A stretch of DNA of 37,812 bases from Bacteroidota bacterium (GCA_051748065.1 JBNJGZ010000002.1:1-37812), one strand, 5' to 3'. Counted from the stretch's first letter, positions 18,921 through 28,857 are shown. A program made the numbers and translations. Notes: generated by a model from the sequence alone, not told the origin.

Positions 18921-19766
18921 TCAAAAATCACCTAAGGTTTCCGGTAATTGTTCCAAAGCTTTTTTGACTAGCTCATCATCAGGAGCTTTTCCGTGCCATT
19001 CATGAGTTCCCTGCATATAATCCACCCCATGTCCCATATCTGTATGCATAAGAATAATAACCGGTTTTCCCTGGCCGGTCATGGATTTTGCTTTTTTCAT
19101 AGTTTTCAGTATATCGTCAAAATCATGCCCGTTCATTTCCAGTGTTATCCAACCGAAAGCTACCCACTTGGCTTTCAGGTCACCAAGATCATTAACTTTT
19201 TCCACGGGTCCGTCAATTTGTTGCCCGTTGAAATCTACTGTAGCTATGATGTTGTCTATTTTTTTGGATGCTCCGAAAAGAGCGGCTTCCCAAATTTGCC
19301 CTTCTTGTAATTCCCCATCTCCGTGCAGGCTGTAAACAATCTTATTGTCATTGTCCAGCTTTTTAGCTAAAGCATGACCTAAAGCCGCTGACATACCTTG
19401 ACCCAAAGAGCCGGAAGCGATTCGTACTCCCGGAAGACCTTCTTCCGTGGCCGGATGGCCCTGCAAACGGGAATTAATTTTGCGAAACGTTTTGAGCTCG
19501 GAAATGTCAAAATAGCCATTTCTTGCCAGAATACTATACCATAGCGGTGAAATGTGCCCATTAGAAAGATAAAAGATATCTTGTCCTTTTCCTGCCATAG
19601 TGAAATTTGAAGGGTCATGCTCCATGATCTCAAAATATAAAGCAGTCATGAAGTCTGCGCAACCCAAAGAACCTCCCGGGTGCCCCGAGTTTACTGCATG
19701 TACCATGCGGATAATATCTCTTCTGGATTGATTTGCAATTTCTTGGAGTTCTGTAGTGCTTGTCAT
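18921..19766 (-). CDS. Transketolase, N-terminal (TPP-binding) subunit
   Basis: SGHPGGSL, LSNGH, LQGHP, GSLGQG, GDGELQEGQIWEA, WHGKAP. Confidence 0.95.
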   Translation of the reverse strand: MTSTTELQEIANQSRRDIIRMVHAVNSGHPGGSLGCADFMTALYFEIMEHDPSNFTMAGKGQDIFYLSNGHISPLWYSILARNGYFDISELKTFRKINSRLQGHPATEEGLPGVRIASGSLGQGMSAALGHALAKKLDNDNKIVYSLHGDGELQEGQIWEAALFGASKKIDNIIATVDFNGQQIDGPVEKVNDLGDLKAKWVAFGWITLEMNGHDFDDILKTMKKAKSMTGQGKPVIILMHTDMGHGVDYMQGTHEWHGKAPDDELVKKALEQLPETLGDF

Positions 19767-19785
19767 TGGTCTACTTATTTTTTAA

Positions 19786-19793
19786 CAAAATTA
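19786..19793 (-). promoter_or_regulatory. -7 promoter element for the transketolase-VWA-sigma operon
   Basis: TAATTTTG on the minus strand, 19 nt upstream of the ATG. Confidence 0.5.
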
Positions 19794-19851
19794 CATTTAA
19801 TATTATCATTTTTAAAGAATGTTGATAAAAATAGGATAACTTTTATTAGGT

Positions 19852-21093
19852 TTATCCTGCGTCTTTATCTGTAATGGAATTCATGATTATCTTGGTTGCT
19901 CCGGTGTGTTTTTGAACATATTGGCCGGCATTTTCTCCGGACTTTTGCCGGAAAAAATCCTCCCGGATTAGTTGATCCAATATGTTTTCAAAATCGCTGA
20001 AATTTTCGATTGTAAAAGCTCCTTTTTGTTCTTTTAATGCTACTGCTTCCCGGAATTTTTGATAATTAGGCCCGAATATTACGGGTATCCCAAAAGTAGC
20101 TGCTTCCAGCGTATTATGAATGCCTTTGCCAAAGCCTCCGCCAATGTATGCAATGTCTGCATATTGATAAAGCGACGATAAAGCTCCCACTGTATTGATA
20201 ACCAAAATATTAGAGTTTATCGTATTACGTTCTTTTACATCAGTCCATAATGCAGGTTTTTCCGGGAATAAATTCAGGATATCGTTAATGTGATTATCAT
20301 GTACCTGGTGCGGAGCAATAATTAATTTTAAGTTCGGGTAGTTTGCCTTTGCATAAAACCGGGCTAACATTTTTTCTCCTGCGGGCCATGAAGAACCGGC
20401 TAAAATGACCATTGCCTCTTTACTGAAGGCTTCCAAATTCGGATAAGATTGGATATTACTGGTTATTTCTTTAACCCGGTCGAAGCGGGTGTCTCCTGCT
20501 ATAGTGTAATTATTTATCCCAAGTTGTGCTAATAATCCGGCTGAAGTTTCATTCTGAAGAAAAAAGTGACTGAATTTTTGTAAACGTTTTTGAAATATCT
20601 TCCCATACCATTGGAAGAAATGTTGTTGCCCGCGAAAAATACCCGAAACAAGGTAAAAGGGAATTTTTTCATTATCCAGAGCATCGATGTAATTTAACCA
20701 AAATTCATATTTTACGAAAATAGCCTTTGACGGTTTTGTAATCTTTATAAAGCGTTGTGCATTTTTTTGGGTGTCTATGGGAAGATAGCATACATAATCG
20801 GCATTGGGATAATTTTTTCTTACTTCGTAGCCGCTGGGAGAGAAAAAAGTAAGGAGAATAAAATATTCCGGGGCTTCTTTTTTCAATTGGTCGATAAGTG
20901 GTCTGCCTTGTTCAAATTCTCCTAAAGAGGCACAATGGATCCAGATAATCTTTTTATCAGAAGGAATATGGGCTTTTAAGTTTTGGAAAACATGTTTTCT
21001 GCCCGATACAAATTGTTTTGCTTTTTTGTTAAACAATGCATAACCCAGGGCTATAAGCCAATATGTTTTTATGATAACCTGATAAAGCCACAT
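19852..21093 (-). CDS. waaA: 3-deoxy-D-manno-octulosonic acid (Kdo) transferase
   Basis: WIHCASLGE, YLPID, KYEFW, GDTRFD, IAPH, GGGF..GIHN.LE, FGPN. Confidence 0.95.
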   Translation of the reverse strand: MWLYQVIIKTYWLIALGYALFNKKAKQFVSGRKHVFQNLKAHIPSDKKIIWIHCASLGEFEQGRPLIDQLKKEAPEYFILLTFFSPSGYEVRKNYPNADYVCYLPIDTQKNAQRFIKITKPSKAIFVKYEFWLNYIDALDNEKIPFYLVSGIFRGQQHFFQWYGKIFQKRLQKFSHFFLQNETSAGLLAQLGINNYTIAGDTRFDRVKEITSNIQSYPNLEAFSKEAMVILAGSSWPAGEKMLARFYAKANYPNLKLIIAPHQVHDNHINDILNLFPEKPALWTDVKERNTINSNILVINTVGALSSLYQYADIAYIGGGFGKGIHNTLEAATFGIPVIFGPNYQKFREAVALKEQKGAFTIENFSDFENILDQLIREDFFRQKSGENAGQYVQKHTGATKIIMNSITDKDAG

Positions 21094-21096
21094 GGT

Positions 21097-21852
21097 TTAA
21101 AAATAGTGATATTCTCCGGAGGTTTTTCCTGAAAGAGGTAGCACCCAGCCTATTCTTAATCCCCAGAGCGTATCAAAACGCTTACGTGTTATGTTTTCCA
21201 TCTTATTGAAGTTATAATCGCGCCTTGACTGCGTCCATGCCTGTATCATTTCAGCTCCGATATAAAAGCTGGATACACGACCTTTTCCAATATGCATATA
21301 CCCGATGAATTCACTTACCGCCAGTCCATTCGTGAGGCGGTCATATCCTTTGGTATATTCACCACTGATTTGCGGAGCTTTATTTTCAGGGTTTTGTATT
21401 AAGGTCTTGTGCTGTAGTAGTCCAACTCCTCCTATGAAAAATAAACCTGAATTTTTGTTGGGACCGACAACCGGGAACAATTTACCAACAGAGACATTGC
21501 TGTAAAACCCGCGTTCGTGATAATTTATTTCTGTCAACATTCCATTCCCGTCTATAATGTTTCCTTCCTCGGTTGCGATTCCGGAAAGGATATCTTCTTT
21601 GTTTTTCACGTTTTCGCTAAACAAATAGTTAAATTTTACCCCGAAAAGCCAATTTTTATGTGTTTTATACATAAAGCTTGCTCCGGCTGTATGATTCATG
21701 CCATAGCGGTCAGCCAAATCAGACCCGGGTAACTGAAGTCCGTAATTGATTTGGATCATCGGCATATTTGTTGCCGTGTCGCTTACATCTCCCTGGGCTG
21801 TAATTGCCTTGAAAACCAATAGTAAGACAATTGTTAGTATTTGTTTGTGCAT
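21097..21852 (-). CDS. Hypothetical outer-membrane beta-barrel protein
   Basis: Signal peptide from M at 21852 and alternating Gly/aromatic beta-strands. A TAATTTTG promoter at 21871-21878 overlaps the longer start, favouring 21852. Confidence 0.65.
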   Translation of the reverse strand: MHKQILTIVLLLVFKAITAQGDVSDTATNMPMIQINYGLQLPGSDLADRYGMNHTAGASFMYKTHKNWLFGVKFNYLFSENVKNKEDILSGIATEEGNIIDGNGMLTEINYHERGFYSNVSVGKLFPVVGPNKNSGLFFIGGVGLLQHKTLIQNPENKAPQISGEYTKGYDRLTNGLAVSEFIGYMHIGKGRVSSFYIGAEMIQAWTQSRRDYNFNKMENITRKRFDTLWGLRIGWVLPLSGKTSGEYHYF

Positions 21853-21928
21853 CCTTAATTCGTTTTGATGCAAAATTAACGAAAAGAAAACAACTTTAGT
21901 CTTTTTGAAGGGAATTCTGCTATTTAGG

Positions 21929-21960
21929 TTTGTAATTTAATGGAAAGCTTACTACCTTTG
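21929..21960 (+). promoter_or_regulatory. Full Bacteroidota -33/-7 promoter for galE-rfbB-cpsB
   Basis: TTTG (21929-32), 20-nt spacer, TACCTTTG (21953-60). Confidence 0.7.
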
Positions 21961-21986
21961 GCGTTTCTAAATAAAAATGCTGCAAA

Positions 21987-23018
21987 ATGAAGATTCTTGT
22001 CACCGGCGGGGCCGGATATATTGGTTCGCATACCGTTGTGGAATTACAGCAAAAAGGTTATGATGTGGTTATCGTGGATAATTTGTCCAATTCCTATCGG
22101 TCTGTTATTCAGAATATACGGAAAATCACCGGAAAGCTCCCGGATTTTGAAGAATTTGATCTGTGCGACCGTCAAAAAACGTTAGATTTTTTTAGCCGCC
22201 ATCAGGATATAGATGGTGTTATTCATTTCGCAGCTTACAAAGCTGTCGGGGAATCCGTTGAGAAGCCTTTAAAATATTATCACAATAATCTTACTTCTTT
22301 GATGAATATTTTGGAGGGTATGAAAAGAAATCAAGTAGAAAATATTGTATTTTCTTCTTCGTGTACAGTTTACGGACAACCGGAAAAATTACCCGTAGCT
22401 GAAGATGCACCCATTCAGCCGGCAGCTTCACCTTATGGAAATACAAAACAAATTTCGGAAGAGATTATAACCGATACAGCAAAAGCTAACCAACAGATAA
22501 AAGGTATTTTATTGCGTTATTTTAATCCGATTGGCGCTCATGAAAGTGCTTTAATCGGAGAATTGCCGCTGGGCGTTCCCGATAATTTGGTGCCTTTTAT
22601 TACTCAAACCGCTATTGGTATTCGCAGGCAACTAAATGTTTTCGGGGAGGATTATGATACTCCGGATGGCACTGCGATAAGAGATTATATCCATGTGGTG
22701 GATCTGGCAAAAGCTCATGTTGTAGCTGTTGACCGGATGATCAATAATCAGCATAAAACAAATCCTGAGGTCTTTAATTTGGGTACCGGGAATGGATATT
22801 CCGTGCTGGAAGTCGTGAAAGCTTTTGAGAAAGTTGCACAACAACCTTTACAATATAAAATTGTTGATAGAAGACCCGGAGATGTAGAACAGGTGTGGGC
22901 GGATACAAGTTTTGCCAATAAGGAGTTGGGTTGGAAAGCTGAAAAAGATTTGGAAGATATGATGCGAACAGCCTGGAACTGGGAAAAAGCTTTAGCAGGA
23001 AAAAATACAGAAGAATAA
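21987..23018 (+). CDS. galE: UDP-glucose 4-epimerase
   Basis: GGAGYIGSH, KAVGES, SSSCTVYG, YGNTK, LRYFNP, RDYIHV. Confidence 0.96.
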   Translation: MKILVTGGAGYIGSHTVVELQQKGYDVVIVDNLSNSYRSVIQNIRKITGKLPDFEEFDLCDRQKTLDFFSRHQDIDGVIHFAAYKAVGESVEKPLKYYHNNLTSLMNILEGMKRNQVENIVFSSSCTVYGQPEKLPVAEDAPIQPAASPYGNTKQISEEIITDTAKANQQIKGILLRYFNPIGAHESALIGELPLGVPDNLVPFITQTAIGIRRQLNVFGEDYDTPDGTAIRDYIHVVDLAKAHVVAVDRMINNQHKTNPEVFNLGTGNGYSVLEVVKAFEKVAQQPLQYKIVDRRPGDVEQVWADTSFANKELGWKAEKDLEDMMRTAWNWEKALAGKNTEE

Positions 23019-23022
23019 TATT

Positions 23023-24078
23023 ATGACAAAAAAAATCTTAATCACGGGCGGAGCCGGATTTATTGGTTCCCATGTAGTGCGCAGAATGGTTACTAAATAT
23101 CCGCAGTATCATATTTATAACCTGGATAAATTAACCTATGCGGGGAATCTCAAAAATCTGACGGATATTGAGGATAAACCCAATTATACTTTTATTAAAG
23201 GTGATATTGTGGACGAAAAGTTTATAATGAAACTATTTGAAGATTACAAGTTTGACGGGGTTATTCATCTTGCGGCTGAGTCCCACGTAGACCGTTCCAT
23301 AAGTAATCCGAATGCGTTCATTTATACCAATATTAACGGAACAGTAAATTTGTTAAATGCATTCAGGCATATATGGCATGATAATTTTGCTGAAAAATTG
23401 TTTTATCATATTTCTACGGATGAAGTTTATGGCTCGTTGGGTGAAACAGGTTTTTTTACTGAAGATACTGCCTATGACCCCCGGAGTCCCTATTCAGCAT
23501 CTAAAGCTAGTTCAGACCATCTGGTAAGAGCTTATCAGCATACTTTTAATCTACCGGCCGTGATTTCCAATTGCTCGAACAACTATGGAGCTTATCAGTT
23601 TCCTGAAAAGCTTATTCCGTTGGCTATCAATAATATAAAAAACAACAAACCCATTCCGGTCTATGGTAAAGGCGAAAATGTCCGTGACTGGTTATGGGTT
23701 AATGATCATGCGGTTGCCATTGATCTTATTTTTCATAAAGGAAGAGTAGGGGAGACATATAATATTGGTGGAAATAATGAATGGAAAAATATAGATCTGA
23801 TCCGTTTGCTGTGCGATATCATGGATGAAAAACTGGGCAGGGAAAAAGGATCCTCCTCAAAATTGATTACATTTGTAAAAGACCGTGCCGGACATGATAT
23901 GCGTTATGCTATTGATAGTTCCAAAATACAACAGGAATTGGGATGGAAGCCGTCGGTAGATTTTGAGCAGGGATTACGAAACACTGTTGATTGGTATCTG
24001 GAGAATGAACAGTGGCTGAAGGATGTAACCAGCGGCGCATATCAAAATTATTATAAAGACCAGTATGACAATCGCTAA
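23023..24078 (+). CDS. rfbB: dTDP-glucose 4,6-dehydratase
   Basis: GGAGFIGS, DKLTYAGN, AAESHVDRS, STDEVYG, YSASK, GHDMRYA. Confidence 0.97.
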   Translation: MTKKILITGGAGFIGSHVVRRMVTKYPQYHIYNLDKLTYAGNLKNLTDIEDKPNYTFIKGDIVDEKFIMKLFEDYKFDGVIHLAAESHVDRSISNPNAFIYTNINGTVNLLNAFRHIWHDNFAEKLFYHISTDEVYGSLGETGFFTEDTAYDPRSPYSASKASSDHLVRAYQHTFNLPAVISNCSNNYGAYQFPEKLIPLAINNIKNNKPIPVYGKGENVRDWLWVNDHAVAIDLIFHKGRVGETYNIGGNNEWKNIDLIRLLCDIMDEKLGREKGSSSKLITFVKDRAGHDMRYAIDSSKIQQELGWKPSVDFEQGLRNTVDWYLENEQWLKDVTSGAYQNYYKDQYDNR

Positions 24079-24086
24079 GTAAACTA

Positions 24087-24836
24087 ATGAATATTTTCAA
24101 ACGTTTCTTTGGTTCCTCTGAAATAGATGAACCTTTTGATTTTTCCGCTGTTGTTACGGATATGCATTCTCACCTTATTCCTGGGATTGATGATGGTGTG
24201 CAGTCCCTGGATGAAGCTTTGGAGATGATTCGCGGCCTTCACGATTTAGGTTTTTCTAAATTGATCACGACACCGCATATCATGAATGATTTGTATCAGA
24301 ATGACAGGGATAGTATATCAAAAGGTTTGGAATATGTGAGAGAAGCCGTCGCAAAAGCCGGAATACCTGTAAAGTTAGAAGCTGCTGCAGAATATCTTCT
24401 GGATGATGGGTTTCAGGAAAAATTAAAAGCCAATGATTTGCTGACTATGGGAGGTGGATATATTTTAGTTGAAATGTCCTATATCATGGAACCGGTAAAT
24501 CTGAACCATGTAATATTTGATATACAAATAGCAGGTTATAAGGTGATTTTGGCTCATGCCGAACGATATCTTTTTTGGTCTGGCAAAAAAGAACGATATC
24601 ATGAATTGATCGACAGATCAGTTTATCTTCAGTTAAACCTGTTATCTCTTACCGGATATTATGGAAATGAAGTAAAAAAGAATGCTGAATGGTTACTGGA
24701 GAATAATATGTACAGCTTTATTGGTACTGATTTGCATAATACAAAATATCTTTCTGCCCTAAAGCATTTCCAGCAGCACCCGCAGTCAAAAAAACTATTT
24801 GAGAAATCCGGAAATTTTTATAATAGCCAATTATAG
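24087..24836 (+). CDS. CpsB/CapC-family PHP tyrosine-protein phosphatase
   Basis: DMHSHLIPGIDDG, TPH, LAHAERY, GTDLH. Confidence 0.9.
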   Translation: MNIFKRFFGSSEIDEPFDFSAVVTDMHSHLIPGIDDGVQSLDEALEMIRGLHDLGFSKLITTPHIMNDLYQNDRDSISKGLEYVREAVAKAGIPVKLEAAAEYLLDDGFQEKLKANDLLTMGGGYILVEMSYIMEPVNLNHVIFDIQIAGYKVILAHAERYLFWSGKKERYHELIDRSVYLQLNLLSLTGYYGNEVKKNAEWLLENNMYSFIGTDLHNTKYLSALKHFQQHPQSKKLFEKSGNFYNSQL

Positions 24837-24841
24837 CTATC

Positions 24842-26305
24842 TTAATTCGAAGTACTGATTTGTATTTGATTGGCCATGATCTTTTCGATGGTCTGCATAA
24901 TATCTTCCGGGCCCGGTGCTCTGGGAGTTATTATGTTACCGTCAGGATCAATTAATACATGAGTAGGGATTGCTTCTATCAGGTAAGGTTCTATTTCTTC
25001 GTTATCCATTTGTCCCGGGGCAATTAAATGATTTTTTCCAAAGGGATAGTTTTCTAAAAAGTATTCCCAGGCTTTTTGCGCTGGTTTTTCACGAGGCTGA
25101 AGCGCTATAAATATCATAGATAAATTATCATAAGACTGAAAATCTTTTAAAAGAGAACGATAAGCATCCAGATTGGAAGTGAAAACATTGTTCATTGTAT
25201 TCCAGAATGTGATGTAGATGTAGTCACCATAAAACTGATTAAGGGAAATTTCCTGACCACTCGTGTCTTTCAATGTGAAATTGGGAGCAGGATTTCCGGG
25301 TTCGATACGTTTGTAATCCTGATAGATTTTCTTGTAATAATTGAAGAATTGTTCCGAGCTTTTCGTCTCTTTAAAATAGTTTAATATATTTTCGATATCT
25401 TCAAAAAATTTATCCTGCATGGCTGGCAAATAACGCCAAAAGTCATTGGTTAAAGTTGCCAGGGCTATATCTTTTTGAATTCCTGTAAACATGGTGTCTA
25501 TCATTGCTTTACGGGTCATTAATCCCCTTTTATCGGCATTCGCATCCAAAGGATTAAAAAAATGAGAATGATACTGAGCTGTTGTGTACTTTCTAATCAG
25601 TCTTTGATAATCCTCTAAATAATACCATGAAGTATCTTTTAATAATTTTTTTACCGGCATATCAAATTTCATGGAGTCTAGTGGCATCGGATGCCACTCG
25701 CCATAAGCATATAGGTTATGATGTTGCAGGTAATTTAATTTGATGTTCAGCTTTTTTAATTCAACTTCCTTTTTGTAGCGATCCAATACGATTTCTGGAA
25801 CTTCAAGAGCTGAAAAGTAAGCTTGCGTATATGACTTCATTTTAGAAAAATGCTCTGATACTGTATTGAGAAATTCATCCGGAGGCATAGTTATCCATTC
25901 ATGTGATTTCCGGGGAAATTCTTCGTTCAATTCCTGGGGGAATTCGTTGACTTCAGTAGCTTCCGGGGAATTTGCCGTTAGTTTTGTTTCTGATAAATTA
26001 ATGCTATCGCCGGGCTGAAGAAATAAGTCATTTCCCCACAATAAGTTTCCTTGATTGTCGCGTAACTGATAAAAATCGCTTTCCTGAATATCAATATCAA
26101 GAATATAATGCCCTTTTTTGTCAGCAAAAGCAGAGTCTATTGCTTTGTGAAACTCCTCGTGACCCTGAGCATATTTTGTTTTGATCAGATAAACTTTCTT
26201 GTTTTTTACCAAAGGTTGTTTGCCTTCAATATGTACAAATCCTTTTTCATTATTGCAAGAGATTAACACGAAAAACAGGATAATGAAGCTGCAAATTTTA
26301 TACAT
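24842..26305 (-). CDS. TlpA/redoxin-fold lipoprotein lacking the CxxC motif
   Basis: Lipobox LISC after M at 26305, a start that avoids overlap with the upstream gene. C-terminal GNPAPNFTL...YITFW...AIPTHVLIDPDG thioredoxin-like domain. Confidence 0.8.
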   Translation of the reverse strand: MYKICSFIILFFVLISCNNEKGFVHIEGKQPLVKNKKVYLIKTKYAQGHEEFHKAIDSAFADKKGHYILDIDIQESDFYQLRDNQGNLLWGNDLFLQPGDSINLSETKLTANSPEATEVNEFPQELNEEFPRKSHEWITMPPDEFLNTVSEHFSKMKSYTQAYFSALEVPEIVLDRYKKEVELKKLNIKLNYLQHHNLYAYGEWHPMPLDSMKFDMPVKKLLKDTSWYYLEDYQRLIRKYTTAQYHSHFFNPLDANADKRGLMTRKAMIDTMFTGIQKDIALATLTNDFWRYLPAMQDKFFEDIENILNYFKETKSSEQFFNYYKKIYQDYKRIEPGNPAPNFTLKDTSGQEISLNQFYGDYIYITFWNTMNNVFTSNLDAYRSLLKDFQSYDNLSMIFIALQPREKPAQKAWEYFLENYPFGKNHLIAPGQMDNEEIEPYLIEAIPTHVLIDPDGNIITPRAPGPEDIMQTIEKIMANQIQISTSN

Positions 26306-26315
26306 GATAGTTGTT

Positions 26316-26933
26316 TTATTTGATAGAACGTTCATAATATCCATTTTTATATTGAAAACCCATTTTTTTGAGATAATGATTGTGTTGATGGCTGGCAGGG
26401 ATTACTTTTAGTTGTCGTATCCCTTTGTTTAAAAAGAAGTCCTGGTTGTATTTATAAAGAAAAGTTCCGATCCGGAAATCACGGTATTGTTTCAGAATAT
26501 AATCAAGATCGATAAAGAGGGTGTTTTGATCAGTTTTGCGGCCCATAAAAATTCCGGCAACTTTCATGTCTTTAAGTAGCAGCCAGCATTCATCAACGGT
26601 AGCTTTTTCAAGAGAAAACTGAGGGATAAATTTTTTGATATCTTCTTTATAAAAATTCAGGAATTCCCTGACATATTCACTGTCCGGCCTGACTTCCAGA
26701 ATAGAGAAATCATCTTTATTTACGGCACGGATCTGAATGATATAATAAATATTGACAATGGCAATGAAAAAATTCATGAATGCTACAGGATATGCTTCAA
26801 TCAACAAACCATAAACAACGAAGAGCAGAGACCCGATGAGATTTATAAATCGAAGCTTTACGATTGAGGTCATCAGCATTGACAATAATATAAATGCTGA
26901 TGCGGCATAACCGATCCATTCCATCCAGTTCAT
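26316..26933 (-). CDS. YgjV-like membrane protein with C-terminal GNAT-like domain
   Basis: About 3 TM helices (IGYAAS...LRFINLIG...AYPVA.MN), then LDY...YRDFRIG...YLKKMGF. Confidence 0.7.
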   Translation of the reverse strand: MNWMEWIGYAASAFILLSMLMTSIVKLRFINLIGSLLFVVYGLLIEAYPVAFMNFFIAIVNIYYIIQIRAVNKDDFSILEVRPDSEYVREFLNFYKEDIKKFIPQFSLEKATVDECWLLLKDMKVAGIFMGRKTDQNTLFIDLDYILKQYRDFRIGTFLYKYNQDFFLNKGIRQLKVIPASHQHNHYLKKMGFQYKNGYYERSIK

Positions 26934-27092
26934 AGAATTAGTTTATTTTCTTAAAGGTATACGCTTTAGGCATAGTATCTTAACTGTGATTGTTTTTTCT
27001 ATACGGTTTTTGCAACCGTGCTGGTTTAACAAACTTTTTGTTTAGCAGATGTCAAATTTACATTAATTTTCTGAGGTTGCCTGTTTTGCTAT

Positions 27093-27125
27093 AAAAAGAA
27101 AAAGCCGCACCATTTAGGGCGGCTT
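27093..27125 (-). terminator. Intrinsic terminator after fabD
   Basis: Minus strand AAGCCGCCCTAAATGGTGCGGCTT followed by TTTCTTTTT. Confidence 0.85.
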
Positions 27126-27147
27126 CTCAAAGTTAAATCTTGGTATA

Positions 27148-28029
27148 TTAAATATCAGCACTTTGTGCCGGCATTTTACGGTCTATTTTTTTAATCAAAC
27201 CCTGCAATACTTTTCCGGGTCCAACCTCTGTGTATGAGGTCATGCCATCGGCAATCATATTTTGCATTATTTGCGTCCATTTGACGGGAGAAGTAAGCTG
27301 TTGCACAAGGTTTTCTTTTATTGTTTCCGGTTCTGTTTCAGCTTTTGCTGTTACATTCTGATAGATAGGACAAACCGGCTTGTTAATTTGAGTGTCAGCG
27401 ATTGCTTTTGCCAATTCCTCACGAGCCGGCTCCATAAGTGGCGAGTGAAAAGCTCCTCCTACGTTAAGTGGCAAAGCTCTTTTGGCACCAGCTTCTTTTA
27501 ATTTTTCACAAGCAACATCAATCCCTTTCATAGAACCGGAGATAACCAGTTGTCCGGTGGTATTGTAATTAGCCGGAACGACGACTTCCTCAATATCTTT
27601 AAGCACGTTTTCCACTGTTTCATCATCCAGGCCAACAATAGCAGCCATGGTTGAAGGTTCTGTCTCACATGCTTTTTGCATGGCCAGTGCCCTTTTGTGT
27701 ACGAGTTTGAGCCCGTCTTCAAACGAAAGGGAATTAGCAGCTACAAGTGCGGAAAATTCGCCCAGCGAGTGGCCTGCAACCATATCCGGCTTAAATTGAT
27801 CTTTCATCATTTTGGCCAGAATTACCGAATGTAAAAAGATAGCCGGTTGAGTTACATTGGTTTGACGCAAATCTTCGTCGGTGCCTTCGAACATTAAATC
27901 TGTAATGCGAAACCCCAGAATGTCATTGGCTTTTTCAAACAGTGCTTTGGCTTCTTCAAAGTTGTCATACAGGTCTTTGCCCATGCCAACATATTGAGCG
28001 CCTTGCCCGGGAAATACGTATGCGTTCAT
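27148..28029 (-). CDS. fabD: Malonyl-CoA:ACP transacylase
   Basis: FPGQGAQ, TQPA, GHSLGE, GAFHS, EVGPG. Confidence 0.97.
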   Translation of the reverse strand: MNAYVFPGQGAQYVGMGKDLYDNFEEAKALFEKANDILGFRITDLMFEGTDEDLRQTNVTQPAIFLHSVILAKMMKDQFKPDMVAGHSLGEFSALVAANSLSFEDGLKLVHKRALAMQKACETEPSTMAAIVGLDDETVENVLKDIEEVVVPANYNTTGQLVISGSMKGIDVACEKLKEAGAKRALPLNVGGAFHSPLMEPAREELAKAIADTQINKPVCPIYQNVTAKAETEPETIKENLVQQLTSPVKWTQIMQNMIADGMTSYTEVGPGKVLQGLIKKIDRKMPAQSADI

Positions 28030-28098
28030 ATTGTTTATTTTTTATTTTTATATCCTTTGATAAGCTTATTAATGAGTTGGTAAAACTATAATTTCAAG

Positions 28099-28857
28099 TT
28101 ATCGTCTATCACCAAGGAACCTTAACAGAAACAGGAACAAATTAATAAAGTCGAGATAAAGAGTTAGAGCTCCCATTATCACAAGTTTGTTGGTTCTTTC
28201 CTGTCCATAGGCTTCGGAATTGCTGCCGATCCGTTTGAGCTTTTGTGTGTCATAAGCAGTAAGGCCTGTAAAGATCAAAACACCGGCAAAGCTAATGATA
28301 TATTCCATTGTTGAACTTTGCATAAACCAGTTAATGACACTTGCCAGGATAAGCCCGATTAGTGCCATGTATAAATAGGCACCGAATTTGGAAAGGTCTG
28401 TTTTGGTTGTATATCCAATTATGGCCATCGTTCCAAACATACCTGCAGTAACTGCAAAAGTCTGAAATACGGAAGAGGCTGTGAAAACGAGCAATATAAA
28501 GCTCAAGCTCATGCCCATTAGTATTGAAAAGCCACCGAAGAGCAAAGTAATTGTTCCCGAAGACATTTTTTCAAACCGGAATGACATAAGTAAAACCAAA
28601 GCAAAAGGAGCGAACATAACAACATATCCCATCAAATTCATTCCGGATTCTGAAATCAGCAATCCGATTAATTGTTCGCTGGATGCAAATGCCCAGGCTA
28701 CAAAAGATGTTATTGCCAAACCAATAGCCATCCACGAGAAAACTTTAGATATGAAAATGCGCGCTGTTTCCGCATCTATGGTTATGGAGCCTGATCCGGC
28801 TGTAGCTCCACGCTGACCGGCAAAAATCCCTGTATTATTATTTCTTTGTTCTAACAT
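28099..28857 (-). CDS. Bax inhibitor-1/YccA family membrane protein
   Basis: 7 TM helices; AYDTQKLK and LTLYLDFINLF motifs. Confidence 0.93.
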   Translation of the reverse strand: MLEQRNNNTGIFAGQRGATAGSGSITIDAETARIFISKVFSWMAIGLAITSFVAWAFASSEQLIGLLISESGMNLMGYVVMFAPFALVLLMSFRFEKMSSGTITLLFGGFSILMGMSLSFILLVFTASSVFQTFAVTAGMFGTMAIIGYTTKTDLSKFGAYLYMALIGLILASVINWFMQSSTMEYIISFAGVLIFTGLTAYDTQKLKRIGSNSEAYGQERTNKLVIMGALTLYLDFINLFLFLLRFLGDRR

